This document shows, in pieces, positions 1-12,970 of a DNA stretch of 64,000 nucleotides. The position numbers were made by a program, and so were the translations under genes. This DNA comes from Ruditapes philippinarum (Eukaryota): positions 1 through 64,000 of the forward strand of contig NW_026864036.1 of the NCBI RefSeq assembly GCF_026571515.1, written 5' to 3'. Position 1 is the first letter of the stretch; each line of letters opens with the position of its first letter. Below the pieces are notes generated by a model, which was not told where the DNA came from, did not search any database, and worked only from the letters and a program-made list of their open reading frames with translations.

Positions 1-229
1 TAAATATCTGAAATGTCAGTAAAATCAAAGAATCTAAATTATGTGATAATGTTTTCATCAGTGATATTTCGTGTAATACAAAATGAATAATTAACTAATT
101 GAAATTTAAATGATAATTTAAAAATAATATTTTGTCAATCTCTTTGATCTTTACCTCAACCCTGAATGGATTAATGGATGATTTTTGACAAATTAACAGA
201 AATTAGAAGTGCAAAACCTCTAAGTCGGT

Positions 230-720
230 TCGTATTGTTCTCAATATTGAAGAAGCGTGACAATACGTTTACAACAAAAGCAAGGATTTTTGAAAAAGGC
301 AGATATACTCAGCATATTTTCTATATTTATAGCTCACTAATCGAACATATAGAATCATTTAAATTGACCTTGGAATTACTCTCTTTAAAAATAGAAATTG
401 GTTTAGAACGCAGAACAGAATATCTCAACATACCACAATCGCTTTGCATAACATGTTTTAAGTATTTAAAAATGTATAGCTTTTGACTAATCAGAAATGT
501 TAATTGTTTGATTTTCTAGTCGAGCCCATTTTGAATATTAATTTGGAGGTTTTGGAAATGCACGATGCTAAAAATACAAAATTAATACATACTAATCTTT
601 TGTGCAAAGTCTTATGGGCAAAAAGAAATATTAACTTGTCAGCGCTTTATGGTGAGCTTAGTTGTTATTCGTTACATACTACTAAAAAACTTAACATGAT
701 ACAATATTGGTAAAATATAC
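230..720 (+). mobile_element. Decayed LINE (CR1/L2-like) ORF2 fragment, end of RT and downstream region
   Basis: Broken translation NTFTTKARIFEKGRYTQHIFYIYSSLIEHIESFK...LLCKVLWAKRNINLSALYGELSCYSL...IQYW resembles the KT(K)xMIFxKG...IExVxxFKYLG...GELGRxPL...IKYW pattern of invertebrate non-LTR ORF2. Second copy at ~14200-14680. Confidence 0.65.
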
Positions 721-769
721 TTAATCTTAATCATCCTTTATACACCAAGCGTTTATTTTTATTAAGGTA

Positions 770-1016
770 CGTTATTTCAGTCATTTCTGACTTATTAGAC
801 ACCTTTTGCTTGCATACAATGTACCACTCAACTCCTACCACTATGCCAGGCGGATAGAAATCGGTAACAATTCATTTTCACTACTTCGCGGCTCACGAAG
901 CGGCCATTTCGGAACGAGTCCTTTCATTCTTCAATTAACGATACCAGTGGGGCTCTAAAATTCGACTTCCCGATACGAAAGCGCACGCCTTAACCACTAT
1001 GCTAACGGTACCGGTC
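770..1016 (-). mobile_element. tRNA-derived SINE
   Basis: Minus strand reads GGTACCGTTAGCATAGTGGTTAAGGCG (A box TAGCATAGTGG). The copy at ~14720-14970 keeps a B-box-like GGTTAGAGCCC. Confidence 0.55.
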
Positions 1017-1894
1017 TGATAGAATATGAAAAGCCATCCTTAAAACAGAATAACGATACATTTTACTTCTAAGGGAGACAACTCCACAAATCATATCAAA
1101 GCTGTTTACTGTTTAATGTACTGAAGATTTGTCCTCCCCAGGTACATACATGTTTTAATATAACCATTTTCGTTCCTTAAACAGTTATTGTTATATTCTA
1201 AAAACATAACATCCATATATTCACACTATTTCATGTTTTTCTTGTAAAAGCCTACATTGTTGTAAGAAAAAGGATACAATGAATAAAACAATACTTGAAA
1301 GTTTTAAGTAGCTTGCTTCTTTCCAACCGAAATTTGACAACATCTCAGATCTTGATGAATGTTGGTTTGCATACATGTAAATATGTAGAATTTACTTCCG
1401 CAATATTATTTTGTAAAAGAAACTGTTGGTATGACGTCAAAGCCCCTCCATTTTTATCGATAAAACGGCCCGTTTTATTTTAATTTTCATGAGATGTTCT
1501 AAATCTAAATTTAATAATGTTCAGTAGACGTATGCCTTTACATTGATGTCTTTCTTTTATCTTTGCCGAATATACTGTGATTCTACGGCTAATTTCCCAC
1601 TTTTTTTGCGTACAAATCCGTTGAAAAATATCGCACATCATCGCAATAACAATTGTGAAATAAAAAAATCAAAACGGTAATTTTTGCTATAATATTTTAA
1701 CATGTTGTGATGTAGAGATTGAAAGTATTTATGCAATAAAATCATAGGGTCAAATTGTAAGATATTTTGCTATTACTTTTTAAAACACATTTACATTAAT
1801 TTCTTGTATTTCTTTGAAAATAATACTTTTAAACATTACGATGATATACTTTCTTTTCTCCACTCTATCACAAAGAACACAAATGCAAATAATA

Positions 1895-3360
1895 ATCAAA
1901 GCACAGAAGGCGCTGAATTTGTTTGGGTCTCAGAATTGCAGGTTGTGAGATTATATGTTTAGTGCCACCAATGCTTTCCAGCGTTTTAATTGAAGTAAAT
2001 TGGCTATTAGACTAATTGCAACACTGATATTCAATCCAATGTTTATTTGACTTTAACAATTTAAAAAAATGAGTAACCTTTACTGGGATTTGAACTCCAG
2101 ACCTCTCGCTTCCTAAGCGAGCCCGAAAACCCTTCAGCCACGGTGAATTTATATGTGAACGGCCTGAAGAAAACCATATTATTCTAAATTAGGGCTTGTA
2201 ACGACTTTAACTGTTGTTTAACACAGATGTAAATAATCCTGGAGCTTACTATAAGCATGTATATTTATAAAGAATCAAACGGCTGCAAGTTCTGTGGTAT
2301 TTTCTGATCTTTGCAATCTAAATCGTACTGTATATCTCATAATCTGTATGCATTTTCCTGTATAAGTTTATTTTTATGTATTATAATTCCTTTTGTAAGG
2401 CACCAGAGTTTGATACATACGGAATTCTGCATAACTAGAGTTGCATCAAAAATCATTTATGTTCTTTTTTTACGACAGCCACACTTTATCTTTGTATATC
2501 ATGGCTACTTCCTTAACAAAAACACTTAAAAAAAAGAATTTAACAAAAAATAATTTTCCTCGTCTGGGATTCGAACTCGAGACCTCTCACTCACGAGGCG
2601 AGCGCGTTACCACTGTACCACGGAGAAGTTATATACATTGTGTCTGAATAATATCAAGTCATTCTAAATTTCGAACTTCCATTGCAGTTCGGGTTTGTAA
2701 TCCTTATTAATTTCGTGGTATTTTGTTCAGGGTAAACCTGTTGTTTATAATTGAAGTAAATATTTTAGCAAAAATCCTCTCGCCCAAACGGTCCGGCATG
2801 TAGAATCTATATATTCCACTACTCGGTTTGTGTAGTATTCGGGAATCAACATGGCTAAAAATAGTATTTTCATTGATAAAATCATATTCATCCGCGTAAT
2901 TTGTGATTGTGCATTTATTGACCAATCTATAAGCCAACGCTATTGTTTAACTTTAAATGCGTTGTAATTTGTTGGATACTTGTAACAAAATAAAATATTT
3001 CTTTCTTTTAAATCACTAGTTTTTAGCTGTTTTGAGAACTACTTGTTGTTAGGTTTGTAGTAAACTTCTGTGTCAGAGATTGAATGTCCGCTTTGTATTT
3101 AGTTATTTTCGATCAGAAAATACAATAAAACAATATTAGAAATTTTGACCATTCGGGAATTACTTTGCTTGAAAATTGATGCGCCTGTCTTTGACCATCT
3201 TAACGCAGTGATCTCCCCTGAATTTTTCGGCTTAAGTTTACATACAAAAGGGAAGTAACCGCTCCAAAAAAGTGGACTACTTTCGGCATTTGCAATTAAC
3301 AACATTAGACTCTGAAATTTCGCTACCATTATTTGTTTGGTCTGACGACCCAAACAAATA
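1895..3360 (-). mobile_element. Non-autonomous Helentron-like element (HINE/DINE-1 type), short copy
   Basis: Absent from the paralogous sites at ~15835 and ~38328. Subterminal inverted repeats TTTGTTTGGGTC/GACCCAAACAAA, a terminal stem-loop (3332-3358), a short hairpin AGCGC-CTTCT-GTGCT at the other end, and an A/T-run target with no clear TSD. Longer copy at 7382-9834. Confidence 0.7.
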
Positions 3361-4454
3361 AAAATGAATTCGGGATATTATTTGAACTAAAGGTACCTAG
3401 TTCTTAAAGATATACTAAGGGCAAATTTGATGTTACTAACAATTAGATAATTGCTACGCAGTCTCTTTGTTTATATAAAATAACATGTTTTGACTTCACA
3501 CAAAGAAGATATGTTATGTTTTAAACTCTACACACTTAAGGTGGTCACAATATAAATATACATGTAGTGTCAATAGAAATACTGGCATTTTTTAAATTTG
3601 AAAGGCAAAATGATTGCATAGCTAAATAAAAGAGTATCAGATTTGTTATCCAGAGTTGTCTGGTATGATCCTTTTCCTCAGTGGTAATTGATCCCAGACA
3701 GTGGGTGTAGTGGTCATTTGTCTCTCCCTACTGATTCAGACATAATGATGGATAAGTAGTCTGTAACTTGTGGAAGAAATCGTTAATTTGTTGTTAGTTA
3801 CCAGGAGAACTTTATATATGGAGCAGAGGACAAAACAATATGAAAAAATCCGGGCAAAATCAGGAAAAACCCAAAAGAAAACAAAAACAAACACACATGT
3901 CATGAAAACCAATTGCAAAACTTTTGGAATAAATAATCTTAATATAAGTCAATGCTTAAACATTTTAGAACTTTCTTAACTCCACTATATCACAAAACAC
4001 ACGAATACAAATGATAAATGGATTGAGGTATTATTTGAATTAAAGATACGTAGATATACTTTTCTCAAATTTGAAGTTAGAACATTTTGGGGAATTTTAG
4101 GTTTTAATGAACGCAACTTCCAATATACAGTTTATTCATTCTGTTATTCAATTAGGCATATACAGTAAGAATTTTATTGATTTCAATAAATTTACGTGAT
4201 AAAGATAGCATATCTTTAACTAATTTCTATATATTCGTCGTAATTTATGTAGAATTTGTTTGCAAAAATAAATAATAATGAAAACATCACACGTAAAAAT
4301 AAATGATAGAAAAATTAAAATTAAAATTAATTTTATATTTCAATTATCAGTGACTTAACCAAAGTAACTTATTCTCAAACTTGAAATATTCAGACACCGC
4401 AGGTAGCTATGTTATACGGTTGAAGACACTAGTTTGCAACGCGAACATTGGTCC

Positions 4455-6693
4455 TCATATCATAAGGTCTAAAACTGATTTACAAACATTTTCCCATGTT
4501 GTTTTCATTTTGTATTCACCGTTTTCAAATGTCCACACAATCCTTCTTCCCTTTGGGTTACCTTTTCTCATTGTTGGGGGGCATCATTTTGTTCCACTTG
4601 TTTAATAAACCAAAAAATTGGTTTTCCCTTTTATAACCCCTTGCTCAACTCACTCTACAATAAAACTTTTCAAAGTTTTTCCCCATCCAATTAAAAAAAG
4701 ACCTTTGCAAGCGTCTAACGTTTCATTTTGAAATGAAAAATCGAAATGTCCCTCACCTGTACAAAATAATTCCTTTCAACTCTTCATCAACCCGGGAAAA
4801 TTTTATTCAAATGAAAAGTAAAAATATGCGTTTCAAATCCCCCATCTTCTTGTAAAGGCAAGAAAAAAAACCCCAAAATTCCCATATTTAAACCATCCCC
4901 CTGACGAAAAAAAATTTTAATTAAAATTTGCTCTTTTTTGAAACCCTTTTCCCTATGCTTTTTCGAAAAATAAAATATCAGAAGTGAAATTACAAGAATT
5001 AGTGAAACACATCCCGCCAAAATGCTTGTTGCAGTAATAATAACCTGCCTTCGACAAATCAACTTGACTTTCTTGACAGTCTCTTGTGTTATTATTTCTG
5101 CTTCATCCTTATCATTGTAACAAATCAGTTGCTGTGAATGAAGATCAACAAGATTCGTTGATGTCAGCCAAACGAGAAATGATAGTTCTTTGCATTCTGA
5201 ACACGAAATGGGATTTGCTTTTAAAATAACCATGTTTTTACGGATGTCGGAAGCATATCCAAATGAAATGCTATTCAAGTTATTAATAGACAGTTGGTCT
5301 AAGACATGAATATTGTTTCCATATAGATTAAGCACAGATAGTCTAGACAATTCAGTCAAAGTAATGTGAACTTGATCTAATATGTTACCCGATAAATCGA
5401 TAATTTCGATATTCCTGTTATTCTCGAATATTTCATCGGAAGTTTATTTGAACTATTTTTTGACATGTTAATGTTTTTTAAATTTCTGAGACCTGAAAAT
5501 AACGTTTCAAACAACCCTAAACTCCCTCGGGACATTTTCACCAGCTCATTGCTTGACAAGTCTAATGTCTCCAGATTTGGAAAGCATGACAAAAAGTTTG
5601 GATGTAAAAACTGCATACCATTTTCAGATAAATCCATGCGCCTGAATGATGAAAATTTGAAATTCTCGCAAATGACATTTACATCAAGCCACCTTAAATT
5701 GTTTTGCCTCATGATCAATTCTTTTGTGAAGGTAGAAGGATTTACGTCTACGGTAAAATTGGCACTTTTGATCCAAATTGACGAAACGTGAGGAAAAATA
5801 CCGCTCGCATTTAAAATTTCAGGAGTTAAAAATAGTTTGACGCCTTCCTGATTAGAAAGTTTAGAAAAACTAGTATTTGTATTCTCTATCACAAGTCTGC
5901 CTGGTGGAATATGAAATACCTTCCTCGGAAGATTTACGAAACTCAAATCAAGAAATTTAATGCGTTTCATGTCGCCTTGCTCTAAATAAGTAGATATGGA
6001 GAAAGTAAAAGTACTATATGATGCATCAATGACCTCCAAGAAGGCTAATCGTTTAAAAACGGCAGTCAAATTTATTGTTTTTATATCAGTACTACTCACA
6101 TCTAAATAATAAATTTTCTTTGACTGAAGTACCTCCATGAGTTGGTCATCAATAGACAACGGTTGTGAATCACGAGAACAGTTTGATAATATCAATTTAT
6201 TTAATTCCGGCAACTTATCAGATCCATTCAGAGCAGGAATTAAATAATTCAATGTAAATCTAACACTCCTGCTTAAATCCAGAACGCCTACGTCTTTAAC
6301 GCTAAGAAAAGTGTTCGGATTCATATAGAATGTGCCTTCCATATGCAATCTTAATTCTTTCAATTCGTCCAGACCATTAAAACAGTTATCTTGTAAAACC
6401 AATTGACCTACTCTAGATGGTAAGTCAACATTGATCTCTAGAAGTTTTACTTTATTCCAAGAAAAGTCAATGAACGTAGACTTGTTCAGATACATGTTAC
6501 CCACCAGGCTCAAACTCAAATGCACTGTCGTAACTCCAACTGGGAGAGTCTTCGGTATAAAGTTACAAGTGAATGTTTCATTGTTATCTTCAACACATTT
6601 GGTCTTCGTCAAATCTAATTGAGAAAATCCGTTAGTGTATGCCATTAATTCCATTAACACTAAAATGTAGGAAACATATTTAATAGTCATCAT
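4455..6693 (-). CDS. TLR: Toll-like receptor copy 1 (signal peptide-LRR-LRRCT-TM-TIR, intronless); apparent frameshifts probably sequencing errors
   Basis: ORFs 5377-6693 and 4787-5359 give a signal peptide, LxxLxLxxN repeats, LRRCT NPISCSEC..C..C and a TM helix. The frameshift at ~5431 is one missing T in a T-run relative to copy 2. The TIR region to the stop at 4455 is homologous to copy 3 but lies in homopolymer-corrupted sequence. Confidence 0.85.
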
Positions 6694-6834
6694 TTTTATG
6701 CCTTTTGTTGTTTTGTTGTTGTATCTTTTTACTTAGTGTATACCATATCAAAGCTCTCTTTGTAAATACTGCTTGAATTATCCAAGTAAGGTTTTAAATA
6801 CATTGCGATTTTAACTTCATGAAACCCAATCCAC

Positions 6835-6845
6835 GGAAAAACCCC
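6835..6845 (-). promoter_or_regulatory. Candidate NF-kB/Rel site upstream of TLR copy 1
   Basis: GGGGTTTTTCC on the minus strand ~140 bp upstream of the ATG. The aligned position in copy 3 has AGGGCTTTCC (41580-41589). Confidence 0.3.
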
Positions 6846-7381
6846 ACATTTTTGCACTTATGGTCACATCTCATCGTCATCTATAGAGCTTCACCTATAG
6901 CTATAAATATCATCGTGTACAATCTCTCAGAATTTAAACTAATGGTGGTCAAGTGTTAAAAACAAAATATTACCTCGATCAATATATCATATTATTACCC
7001 TTCAGATTTTTTTCCGCCTTTTTGATTGGATATTGATTACCCAAAATAAATTGATATTTCGAGCCAGACGGGTAATATACACACTAAATTTCCCCGTTTG
7101 GCACCCCACGTTGTAAACAACATGTGTTGTTGCGATGCGCGTACGGTTCTATTTTACGCAGCGTAAATTCCGATTTACAAGCACTTTTAAATTGTAAAAT
7201 AATAAATATTAACCAAAATAGAGCAATGATACATATTCTCACCAGTATTGAAAACAAATATGACCTCGTGAAAGCTTGATATTAATTACAAAAAGTGCGT
7301 TCAACAGACGACTCCATTTTTCTTGTTTACATTTGTTAGGCACGATCACAGGAAATTGACATTATATAAGCGAATAATAAA

Positions 7382-9834
7382 ATCAAAGCACAGAAGGCGC
7401 TGAATTTGTTTGGGTCTCAGAATGTAATAAAGGTACAGGTTGTGAGATTATATGTATAGTGCCACCAATGCTTTCCAGCGTTTTAATTGTAGTAAATTGG
7501 CTATAAGACTAATTGCAACACTGATATTCAATCCAATGTTTATTTGACTTAAACAATTTGAAATAGAAATGAGTTGTCTTTACTTGGATTTGAACTCCAG
7601 ACCTCTCGCTTCCTAAGCGAGCGCGAAAACCCTTCAGCCACGGTGAATTTATATGTGAACGGCCTGAAGTAAACCATATTATTCTAAATTAGGGCATGTA
7701 ACGACTTTAACTGTTGTTTAACACAGATGTAAATAATTCTGCGTTTAGGATAATCATTTAGTGACGCGGTGGTCAAGTCCACATTAACGGTGTAAAACAG
7801 TTATCATATTGTGTTTAATATCTTAAGTCAAGCAGGCTTGCCATATAAATTAAAATATCGACAAATCTACCAACTGTCGGCGTAACGCAGTAGGTAAAGT
7901 TGTGTGGTAAATTTTTAGTTACATATCAATGCAAGACAGCCAGGTTCGGTCCCAATTTCTTTTGTATAATTATCAATGGATTAAGAATTTCTTTTTTTCT
8001 TGTAAAGATTATTAGCGCTGTGTTATTTTCTATTAACTTCTCATTTCACTTTTGTTTTTAAATGTTACTATATCTAGCAAGTTGGTGCAACCTGATACGG
8101 AATACATACATGTACATAAATTGTTTCAACTATAGTTAAGTTGACAATGGTTTGACAACTTGTGCGGCTCAAACTCATGATAAAATTTAATTTGTATGGC
8201 ATCCTAGTGACTTAACCAACTTTGCCATCGAGACTTTTCAAATTTATTTCTGATTTTGAATCATATTCACTTCTAAATACCCTGTTTTACCTATTCAAAC
8301 AAAGATTGAAAACTTTTGTGTACACAAAAAATGCAACGTCACTCTCACATTATCATAGCGGCACAGTACTATAAGCATATTTTATAAAGAATCAAAGGGC
8401 TGCAAGTTCTGTGGTATTTTCTGATCTTTTCAATCTAAATCGTACTGAAAATCTGTATGTATTTTCCTGTATAAATTTATTTTTATGTATTATAATTCAT
8501 TTTGCAAGGCACCAAAGTTTGATACATACGGAATTCTGCATAACTATAGTTGCATCAAAATATCATTTATGTTCATTTTTTACGACAGCTACACTTTATC
8601 CTTGCATATCATGGCTACTTCCTTAACAAAGTCACTTAAAAAAGAATTAAAAAAAATGTTTCCTCGACTGGGACTTGAACTCCAGACCTCTCACTCACTA
8701 AGCGAGCGCGTTACCCATGCACCACGGAGAAGTTATACAAACAATGTCTGAATAACATCAAGTGATTCTAAATTTCATTCCATTGCATTTCGGGTTTGTA
8801 ATCGTTATTAATTTCGAGATATTTTTTTCAGGATAAACCTGTTGTTTAAAATTGAAGTTAATAATTTAGCGAAAATCTTCTCGCCCAAACAGTCCGACAT
8901 GTAGAATCTATATATTTCACTACTCGGTTTGGGTAGTATCATAGGAACTCGAGAACGGGACCGCAGATTGCGGCGTATATTTTCAATCGTGTAACGGTTT
9001 TGAAAAACGTTTCTGCTACATCTAAATATCTTTATTTAGTATTATCCGAGTGTATGGACTCAAAAAATATATTATCAATTGAACCCAATCCGTCTCTTTT
9101 AAAACTGGTCAAATTTTACGGTATATTCAATATACCGTAAATTTGACTGATTTTTAAATTAGAAGATTATAATAAATTGAGATTAGATAATTAAAGACCA
9201 CCCGCTCGCATAATATGAAAAGATATTCAAAGGTCGGACAAACTTTATGTAAAGCCGGTAAGGATTCGGATTTATGCACCGCAATATGCAGTCCTGTTCC
9301 AGAGTTCCTATGGACAGTATTTGGTAATCGACATCGCTAAAAATAGTATTTTCATTGATAAAATCATATTCGTCCGCGTAATTTGTGATTGTGCATTTAT
9401 TGGCAATTCTATAAGCCAACGCTATTTTCAAACTTTGAATGTGTTGTAATTAGTTGGATACTTGTAACAAAATAAAAATATTTCTTTCTTTTAAATCGCT
9501 AGTTTTAAGCTGTTCTGAGAACTACTTGTTGTTAGGTTTGTCGTAAACTTCTGTGTCAGAGATTGAATGTCCGCTTTGTATTTACTTATTTTCGATCAGA
9601 AAAAACAATAAAACAATATTTGAAATCTTCGACCATTCGGGAATTATTTTGCTTGAAAATTAATGTGCCTGTCTTTGACCATCTTTACGCAGTGATCTCC
9701 CCTGAATTATTCAGCGTTAGTGAACATATAAAGGGAAGTCACCGCTTCAAAAAAGTGGACTACTTTCGGCATTTGCAATTAACAACATTAGACTCTGAAA
9801 TTTCGCTACCATTACTTGACGACCCAAACAAATA
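7382..9834 (-). mobile_element. Non-autonomous Helentron-like element, long copy
   Basis: Same ends as 1895-3360 (ATCAAAGCACAGAAGGCGCTG...GACGACCCAAACAAATA). It carries an extra ~630-bp internal segment (7740-8366) and a nested MITE. Confidence 0.7.
8940..9312. mobile_element. MITE with ~40-bp TIRs nested in the Helentron-like element
   Basis: Left end CATAGGAACTCGAGAACGGGACCGCAGATTGCGG versus reverse complement of the right end CATAGGAACTCTGGAACAGGACTGCATATTGCGG. Degenerate 8-bp TSD GGTAGTAT/GACAGTAT, internal palindrome 9098-9158, absent from the short copy (~2838). Confidence 0.75.
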
Positions 9835-9840
9835 AAAGAC

Positions 9841-10743
9841 AGCAAATAAACCCATCTATACTATAAATAAACACAAGGAATGCAACGCCTTTTGCCAATT
9901 ATACACGTGGAAAATCAATGTCAACAAACTAGTTTAGCTACTTCGTTACACAGTACAAAATTAATACTTTTACAATCGCTGATATCTTAAATCAAAGCAT
10001 TGTATAATAATGAATTGGCAATATTTACTCAAATGTCAACAAATAATTTTGTCTGGCACTCCATGCGCTGACGTCAGTGACTATACAGCCACATACTGAA
10101 GATAATTATTTATTTTTTTCCCCTAAAAATCTATTTTCTATAGCATAAGATTTTAAATAAATTCTAAATAACTAAGGTGTCAAATGTTTCACATATTTTT
10201 GTTGTTTTTATTAAATAGAAACAAAAAGAAACTCCCCAAAACCAATTGGGAAACATAACTCTAGCATAAAATTATAAGGGAAGTAACTTGGGCTTCTCAT
10301 CAGAAAATTTTCATGATATTTCATAGTGTGCGTAAATTTCTGTTGTATAAACGGTTTCATTTGGTGATTTAAATATAAAGAATGGCCTTTCAACTAAACT
10401 CATGCTATGGGAAATAGATTATTAGGAAAAAAATATATAGTTTATATTCAGACCGGATCAGTGTAGTCAATGACGTCAGCGCATGGAGTCCCAGACAAAA
10501 TTTTTTGTTGACATTTGAGTAAATATTGCCAATTTATTATTATACAATGCTTTGATTTTAAAAAATCAGCGATTGTAAAAGGACTAATTTTGTATTGTGT
10601 ATCGAAATTTGTTAAACTAGTTTATTGACATTGATTTTCCACGTGTACATGTATAATTAGATAAAATGTGTATCGAGTGTGCAAAAGGGGTTGCATTCCT
10701 TGTGTTTATTTATAGTATAGAGGTTATATTTTAATTATTTGCT
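9841..10743. mobile_element. Foldback element with ~300-bp inverted arms
   Basis: 9841-~10150 is an imperfect reverse complement of ~10398-10743 (e.g. TGGCAATATTTACTCAAATGTCAACAAA / TTTGTTGACATTTGAGTAAATATTGCCA). The left arm appears to continue at 7347-7378, on the far side of the Helentron-like insertion. Confidence 0.75.
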
Positions 10744-11476
10744 AATAAAATGTCAATTTCATGTGGTACGATATAAAATAGGTCATGTAATGATGTGACG
10801 TCATGTTGCGGTGAAGGGCCAAGATAAAATATCTCCCCAGCCGATAGGCTAGACAGGTAATATATCCTCGTATATCAATTCAAAATCAAAATAACATATA
10901 CTATTTTTTTTAATATGCATTTATTTTTAAATTTATTTATTTAGTTGCTTGGTTTTGTCGATGGTATGTGGTTATGGTCGAATGTTTTGTCACTAAAAAT
11001 GATATAACATTAATACATTGGTTGGAGTCGATGTGCTGTATATGCATCAGACTAAAAGAAACAACAACTTTCAGTTGTGTTTTGTAATGGTTGCAGAAGA
11101 TTCGAATGAAATTTTTACATTTTTATATAAGAATTATCGACGCTACTGTATATCAATATTGATTTAAACAGATAGTTAAAGAAGTAGTGAATTTAAGCTA
11201 TATAGTATATTAATCGAGGTCATATTCCGTTTAAAACTGACTGATAACCTGTTTTAATTGTTTTGAAAAGTATTTGTTCTTTTGATAATTCAAACTGACT
11301 GACTCACAAACTTTTGGCGGAATTGCAAAGATTGCATATAGCCATGAGTATGAATGTGATGGTTCGATGTGCATTTACTTGCCTAAAGTAACAATTATAT
11401 TTAAATCTAATTTCTATATATCAATCATTATTTACACAGAGGGTTTTGATATAACAAAAATGAAGAATAAAATGAA

Positions 11477-12160
11477 ATGGTATCTATTAAATATGTTTGT
11501 TATGTTTATTTGTTAAAGGGACTCCATTTGATGAAGATCGAACCCATAACTTGTGTTCATTCGCCAATTCCGTTTTTTCTGGTCTTTCTTAATTAAAGCA
11601 GGGAATAAAATAAACACTGAATAAGTTCAGGTCTTAATGGATCGGACCATTGTAAAAATTGAATTAATTAATATTTTGGATCGTGCAATTGCAAAGGCGT
11701 CGGATTCGAGCCGCGTCATGTACACACCAAGAAATTTGCGCTATATTGCTTTACATCACACAGACGTAAATGGGTGTCTAGCTTCAGTGACGCCAGGAAG
11801 GTCGATAGATAGATTTTAACAATTTATGACCAAGGGTTATGCTGCTAAGTTAGCATGTAACTTAGAATGTAACTTAGAATATTAAATGCAATAACTTAAT
11901 AAAAACATCACATCTAATTCCTTAAATATCGGTCAATAAATAAATTCAAGATGAAAAAACAAAACAACAAAAAACATGATCTTTGCTCACATAAATATAT
12001 TTCAAATGGGGTTTATAGATCTGAATACAATCAAGGATAAAAAACTTTGTCTAAAACAGAAGGTATGCAACACTTAATTTTCAGAACCAAAGTTGGTGAT
12101 TTTAGACCAAGTTAATCGGCTTATATGCTTTTGTAACGGTAAATCCGATTGGCCACTTGG
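11477..12160 (+). pseudogene. Inverted, decayed TLR 5'/ectodomain relic (unit 1)
   Basis: MVSIKYVCYVYLL matches MMTIKYVSYILLL; PRNLRYIALHHTDVNG matches PKKIKYVDVSKTDLKG. Upstream sequence (11206-11460) matches the reverse complement of the TLR upstream regions. Confidence 0.65.
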
Positions 12161-12970
12161 AACAGCCGATTTTCTTTTCATTTTGGTTTTGGAAAAATTC
12201 CGGCAATCGAACTGCGTTATGAAGCCCCCTGTGGTGTTATTTAATTTGTTAGAGTTCAAGTGACACAGCTGTTACTTTAGGTGCGACAAAAGACTATTAA
12301 AAGTACATAAAATGGAGTTTCAGGAACCTTTTCATTTTTAAACAATAAACAAATAACAAAAAAAAATATTACTTCTTTTGGCATTTTGTCATCATTTACT
12401 TGAAAATTGAAAAAAAAACATATCGTACTTTTAAAGCAGAAAATTGACAAAGACAAGGGTTTCAGTAAATTCAAGTTATACATAAATTCCTACAAAAATA
12501 TTTTTATTATATCTGTATGAAAGAAAGAAATTCATAGTGGAAAATATATAAAGAAAAAACCAGCTCAGTATGCCAAACACTATACCACATTCTAGTTAAA
12601 TCTTGACAATAGTTAATCTTCATGTCTTCGCAAATTGGGCTTGAGTTCGAGTCTAACACAAGTCAAGCTTACAACAATATAACAGGGTCTTTCAAGTTCT
12701 ATTTGAAAGACCTTGAATATAGCAACAATAATACAATATAGTTTATTCAACAACAAACATTTTACAATGTTCTAAGTATACAAGGTGTACAGATGCAAAA
12801 CATCAGTATCAATACCTGAAGATAATTAAATTTTATTAAAAGAAGAATGATCAATCATTTAAATATGAATTAAATAACCATAAATCAAGCTACATAAGTT
12901 TTTTTTTATACATGCCGCACATAAAGTGTGACTCTCATGTCCTTGTTTGTTATATATTATAAACAGATCG

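Noticed and set aside
2083-2623. Functional tRNA-Pro/tRNA-Thr genes
   Set aside because: D, T and acceptor stems are mismatched and the units lie inside a repeated mobile element; treated as tRNA-derived modules.
5465-6622. Plus-strand ORFs overlapping the TLR genes (also 19431-19736, 40412-40630, 41201-41392)
   Set aside because: They are antisense shadows conserved only because the TLR coding strand is conserved.
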